Positions 60,843 through 64,000 of a stretch of 64,000 nucleotides of DNA are shown piece after piece. The stretch is from a virus. Within the stretch, counting starts at the first letter, position 1. The number at the start of each line of letters is the position of its first letter. The DNA is taken from positions 1-64,000 of IMG/VR virus record IMGVR_UViG_3300019935_000002. One strand, written 5' to 3'. Below the pieces are notes generated by a model. That model was given only the letters and a program-made list of their open reading frames with translations. It was not told where the DNA came from and did not search any database. The position numbers and the translations under genes were made by a program.

Positions 60843-62723
60843 CTATAACTTAATTCTAGCTCCGTCATCCCGACCGAACCTAGAGCCAGCGCCGAGAGAC
60901 GGCCCTTTAGGTCGGAAGGTAGACATAGCCGGCGGCATATACACACCTGAGCTAGCCCCTTTAGCTACGGCACCCACCACCATATAAAGTAGAGCATGTA
61001 CAAAGTGGTCAGGCTCATTAGAAGCAACTTTGATCCACTGCTCTTCAGGCTGACCGTTGTTATCCTCCAAACGGGTAACAACTTTTTTCACGTTGGCCAT
61101 ATTCCTTCTCAGGTCAGCAATTTTCTTCTCATTCCAGCCCTTAGGCAGCCTTATCTTGCCAGACTGCCATAGGTAGAGAAGGTGGTTTAGCATTTTAGTC
61201 CGGTAGACTTTCGCCACTCGGTCGTCATTATCAACAGCCAACAGGTCGGCAGTACCAAAGCCGCCAGACACATACTGAGCCTGAAGCCCCCAAGTTGCTG
61301 CAGATACCTTCAACGCTGCGGTCTGATCCGGAAGCTGGTCAATTACCAGCGACCGGGCATTATACTTTTTCTGGACGTAGGCCAGACGGTCGAAAAGTTC
61401 CGGTTCAGGGAAAGCCTCAGCAAACTTACCTGTTAAAGTAACGTCGTCAATCGTCTTATGTACAGGGGAGAACCTTTCCCACTCATGTACGGTCACTTCT
61501 TCCGGCATGCCAGATGAGGCAACTTTAACCCTACCGATCACAATGTCAGATGTAGCGCCCACGTCACAGCCTACCGCACAGCCCTGTAGCCTTTCTCCAT
61601 TCTCCACTGCAACTCTTTCGGTTGTGAAAATGCTCTTGTCGTCGATACCCTTAAGACTGAAGGCTTGGTCACCATCCTCATAGGCCTCCCCTAGAACAAA
61701 GTTAACCCAGTCGCCATGACTGAAACCGCCTTTCGCCTGAGAAAGGATCTTAGGGATGTCGTTGAACTCGTAAAAGTCGTAGGGCTTGGTCTCGAATCCG
61801 CGGTGATCAAGGACGCCTGGACGCTGCGCAACCCATTCACGGTCTTTGGCCAGCAGCTCCTCATGCAGCTTCTTGCCACACTTCTGGCACTTGAGGTAGG
61901 CAGATGAGATGTCAACCCCAGGAGTGCCGACATAGTGGCCTCTGAATTCAGAGAGAGGCCTATCGAAACCGGGGATGACTACATCATCAAAGAAGTTAGG
62001 CGCCTGACGAGTTCCGCAGCGACCGCACTTGACCATGTAGCGCATGCCATTAGAACTTTGCAGCAGGCCGTCTACCCCGTAGCCTGGCAAGGTTGGAGTA
62101 GAGAATCGGTACAAAACCCCGCGCATGGTATCTTCGGTGCCTGGGATATTGAACTCGGTCGCGTGACGGATACGGGACTCATACTGGCCTGCAATCTTCA
62201 TGTTCATGAAGTCGTACTCGTCGAGAATCACAGCTTCCGCAGGAGTGGAGATAGCGCCACCGGTGGAGTCCTGAGTACCACCAAGGTGGACAAAGCTAGA
62301 CCCTACTTGCCGAAGAAGAGTAGTCTGAGTGGTCCCACGACCGTAGTTCAGGGCAGGACAGCTGTCGATGATAGGTTTAATCCGGACGGTACTGTTCTTC
62401 TCGGCCATCTTACCAGTAGGCATAACATACAGGATGTTTGCTCCCTTCATACAGGCAGCAAACGCGACAGCCATTCGGATAGTAGCCTCGGTAGCGCCGA
62501 TCTGCGATGGTTTAATAATGCTTACCTTTGGGTGCGGCTCCATTTGATCGCCACCCATAAACCAAGCAGCCTGAGCCTCGTGGCCCTTAAGACTGAACTT
62601 CTTGTCTTTTATGTAAGTATTTCTCGTTGCCCAAGACAAGGCACCGGCCAGGCCTAGCCGAGAGTCGACCGCAGTACCCATGCGATCCAAGTATTGTTGG
62701 TATCTTGGCGATAATGATCTCAT
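60843..62723 (-). CDS. Terminase large subunit (lambda gpA-type)
   Basis: KPSQIGATE Walker A, ILDEYD Walker B, STPT, CxxC pairs, GCDVG nuclease and DHFVHA. Confidence 0.88.
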   Translation of the reverse strand: MRSLSPRYQQYLDRMGTAVDSRLGLAGALSWATRNTYIKDKKFSLKGHEAQAAWFMGGDQMEPHPKVSIIKPSQIGATEATIRMAVAFAACMKGANILYVMPTGKMAEKNSTVRIKPIIDSCPALNYGRGTTQTTLLRQVGSSFVHLGGTQDSTGGAISTPAEAVILDEYDFMNMKIAGQYESRIRHATEFNIPGTEDTMRGVLYRFSTPTLPGYGVDGLLQSSNGMRYMVKCGRCGTRQAPNFFDDVVIPGFDRPLSEFRGHYVGTPGVDISSAYLKCQKCGKKLHEELLAKDREWVAQRPGVLDHRGFETKPYDFYEFNDIPKILSQAKGGFSHGDWVNFVLGEAYEDGDQAFSLKGIDDKSIFTTERVAVENGERLQGCAVGCDVGATSDIVIGRVKVASSGMPEEVTVHEWERFSPVHKTIDDVTLTGKFAEAFPEPELFDRLAYVQKKYNARSLVIDQLPDQTAALKVSAATWGLQAQYVSGGFGTADLLAVDNDDRVAKVYRTKMLNHLLYLWQSGKIRLPKGWNEKKIADLRRNMANVKKVVTRLEDNNGQPEEQWIKVASNEPDHFVHALLYMVVGAVAKGASSGVYMPPAMSTFRPKGPSLGAGSRFGRDDGARIKL

Positions 62724-62810
62724 CTCTGCCCCTACTGCGGTAACTGGTAAAATATTCTAATCTGGTGGTATCATAGCGCACAACCAACCATTCTACACCG
62801 GCAGACATTT

Positions 62811-64000
62811 ATGGCACAGTCACCAAAGATCAAGCCCATAGTAAGACCCAAAAAGACACCAAATAAGGCGCAGTCTCAGGTAGTAGGTCAGAACGTGGAC
62901 GCCGGTTCAGAAATCACGAACCCGGACAGAAGTTACACCTTCTACACCGGCAGAGACCTGCTTTCTCTGATCAACAGCGGGGCTGCCACCGACGCTGTAA
63001 GGCGGATGGTTAGAACTTCCGACTCTACCGTATCCTCAGACGTTAGCACGAAAGCCACTCTGGCCAACTCAGGCTATGAGGTGACAGCTTACAACTCCCA
63101 GACCATGGAGTTTGACGCCGAGGCGACGATTGCGGCGACCAACGTACTTAAATCTCTTGGGAGGGTGTACGACTACACGAAAGGCTTCGTAGCCAAGCCG
63201 TCTATCAGCGAGGTCCTCCACAGGATGCTAGTTGATACGCAGATAACCGGCGCTCCGGCGGCTGAACTGGTTATGGACAAGGATAGGCTGCCCTCTCACA
63301 TCAACACCATAGCCTACGACTACCTGAAGAAGATTGCCAAGAAAGACGGCGGATGGTTCCCAAGACAGGCCATTCCGCGTCAGGATGAGGTTGACCTAGA
63401 CTACCCTAACATCTTCCTAAGTGAGATGCTGAAGGACTCAGGGTCAGTTTACGCGATCAGCCCAATTATACCAGCCCTACCAGACGTCTTTGACCTTAGG
63501 GTGTTTAAAGACGATATGCAGAGAGCGGTGAGCAGGGCGGGTCATGGAAGGTTAGTGGTTACCGTCGACTACGAGTCGGTGTTCAATAATATGCCGGACG
63601 AAGTAAAGTCTGCGGATAAAGAGGTCATTTATGCTGAGATGGAGAAGGCAAGGGCACAGCTTCAGGGCATTGTCGATGAGCTAGAACCACAGGACGCTCT
63701 AGTTTCCTGGGATTCTGCGACGGTCGATGTTAAGGACGGCTCAGGTTCCAGAGCAGATTACAAACCTCTGCTTGAGACTAAACTGAGTCAACTTGCATCA
63801 GCTCTGAAATCCAATTCATCAGCGCTAGGCCTGCGCATCGAAGGCTCCCAGTCTCTTTCCAATACTGAGTCACTGATCTACCTGAAGCAGTGTGCCGGCA
63901 TACAGAAACCGGTGGCAGACGTGATGACCCGCATGCTTACATTCGCCTGCCGCATCCTCGGCATGGACGTCACCGTGGACTTCAAGTTCAAGGATATCAA
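62811..64000 (+). CDS. Probable portal protein (runs off the window)
   Basis: Open frame from ATG 62811 to the window end; divergent from terL; 'TGAPAAELV..KDRLP' and 'SQSLSNTESL' resemble portals of large siphoviruses. Confidence 0.65.
   Translation, partial: MAQSPKIKPIVRPKKTPNKAQSQVVGQNVDAGSEITNPDRSYTFYTGRDLLSLINSGAATDAVRRMVRTSDSTVSSDVSTKATLANSGYEVTAYNSQTMEFDAEATIAATNVLKSLGRVYDYTKGFVAKPSISEVLHRMLVDTQITGAPAAELVMDKDRLPSHINTIAYDYLKKIAKKDGGWFPRQAIPRQDEVDLDYPNIFLSEMLKDSGSVYAISPIIPALPDVFDLRVFKDDMQRAVSRAGHGRLVVTVDYESVFNNMPDEVKSADKEVIYAEMEKARAQLQGIVDELEPQDALVSWDSATVDVKDGSGSRADYKPLLETKLSQLASALKSNSSALGLRIEGSQSLSNTESLIYLKQCAGIQKPVADVMTRMLTFACRILGMDVTVDFKFKDI

Overview
About 64 kb of a large, apparently lytic, tailed dsDNA phage (siphovirus-like: tail tube plus G/GT chaperone frameshift, gpA-type terminase). 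The host is probably a gammaproteobacterium (CsrA homologue, sigma70 promoters, Vibrio-type ThyA). 1-2.5 kb (+) holds the end of the tail-fibre and lysis-type genes. 2.5-28 kb (-) holds an orphan tail tube/chaperone cassette and the replication/repair module (Rad50/Mre11, C5-MTase, frameshifted ATP-dependent ligase, resolvase, family A polymerase, SSB-like, SNF2 and Dda helicases, primase-helicase, DnaQ, dUTPase, GroES). 28-50 kb (-) is a dense array of small early/accessory genes, including CsrA, RMF-like, Nmad5 and pentapeptide proteins. 50-53 kb is an AT-rich control region with 11-bp-phased repeats, followed by a transcription unit that mimics an rRNA operon: promoter, boxB/boxA, a stem-enclosed small RNA, a second boxA, then a 314-aa ORF clamped by a perfect 28-bp inverted repeat. 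53-64 kb holds thyA, a ~660-nt pseudoknotted GOLLD/ROOL-class ncRNA candidate directly upstream of a Tad1 anti-defence sponge, four tRNAs, endolysin, a DHFR fusion, HU, terminase and the start of the portal. All family assignments come from motif recognition by eye; no database search was run.
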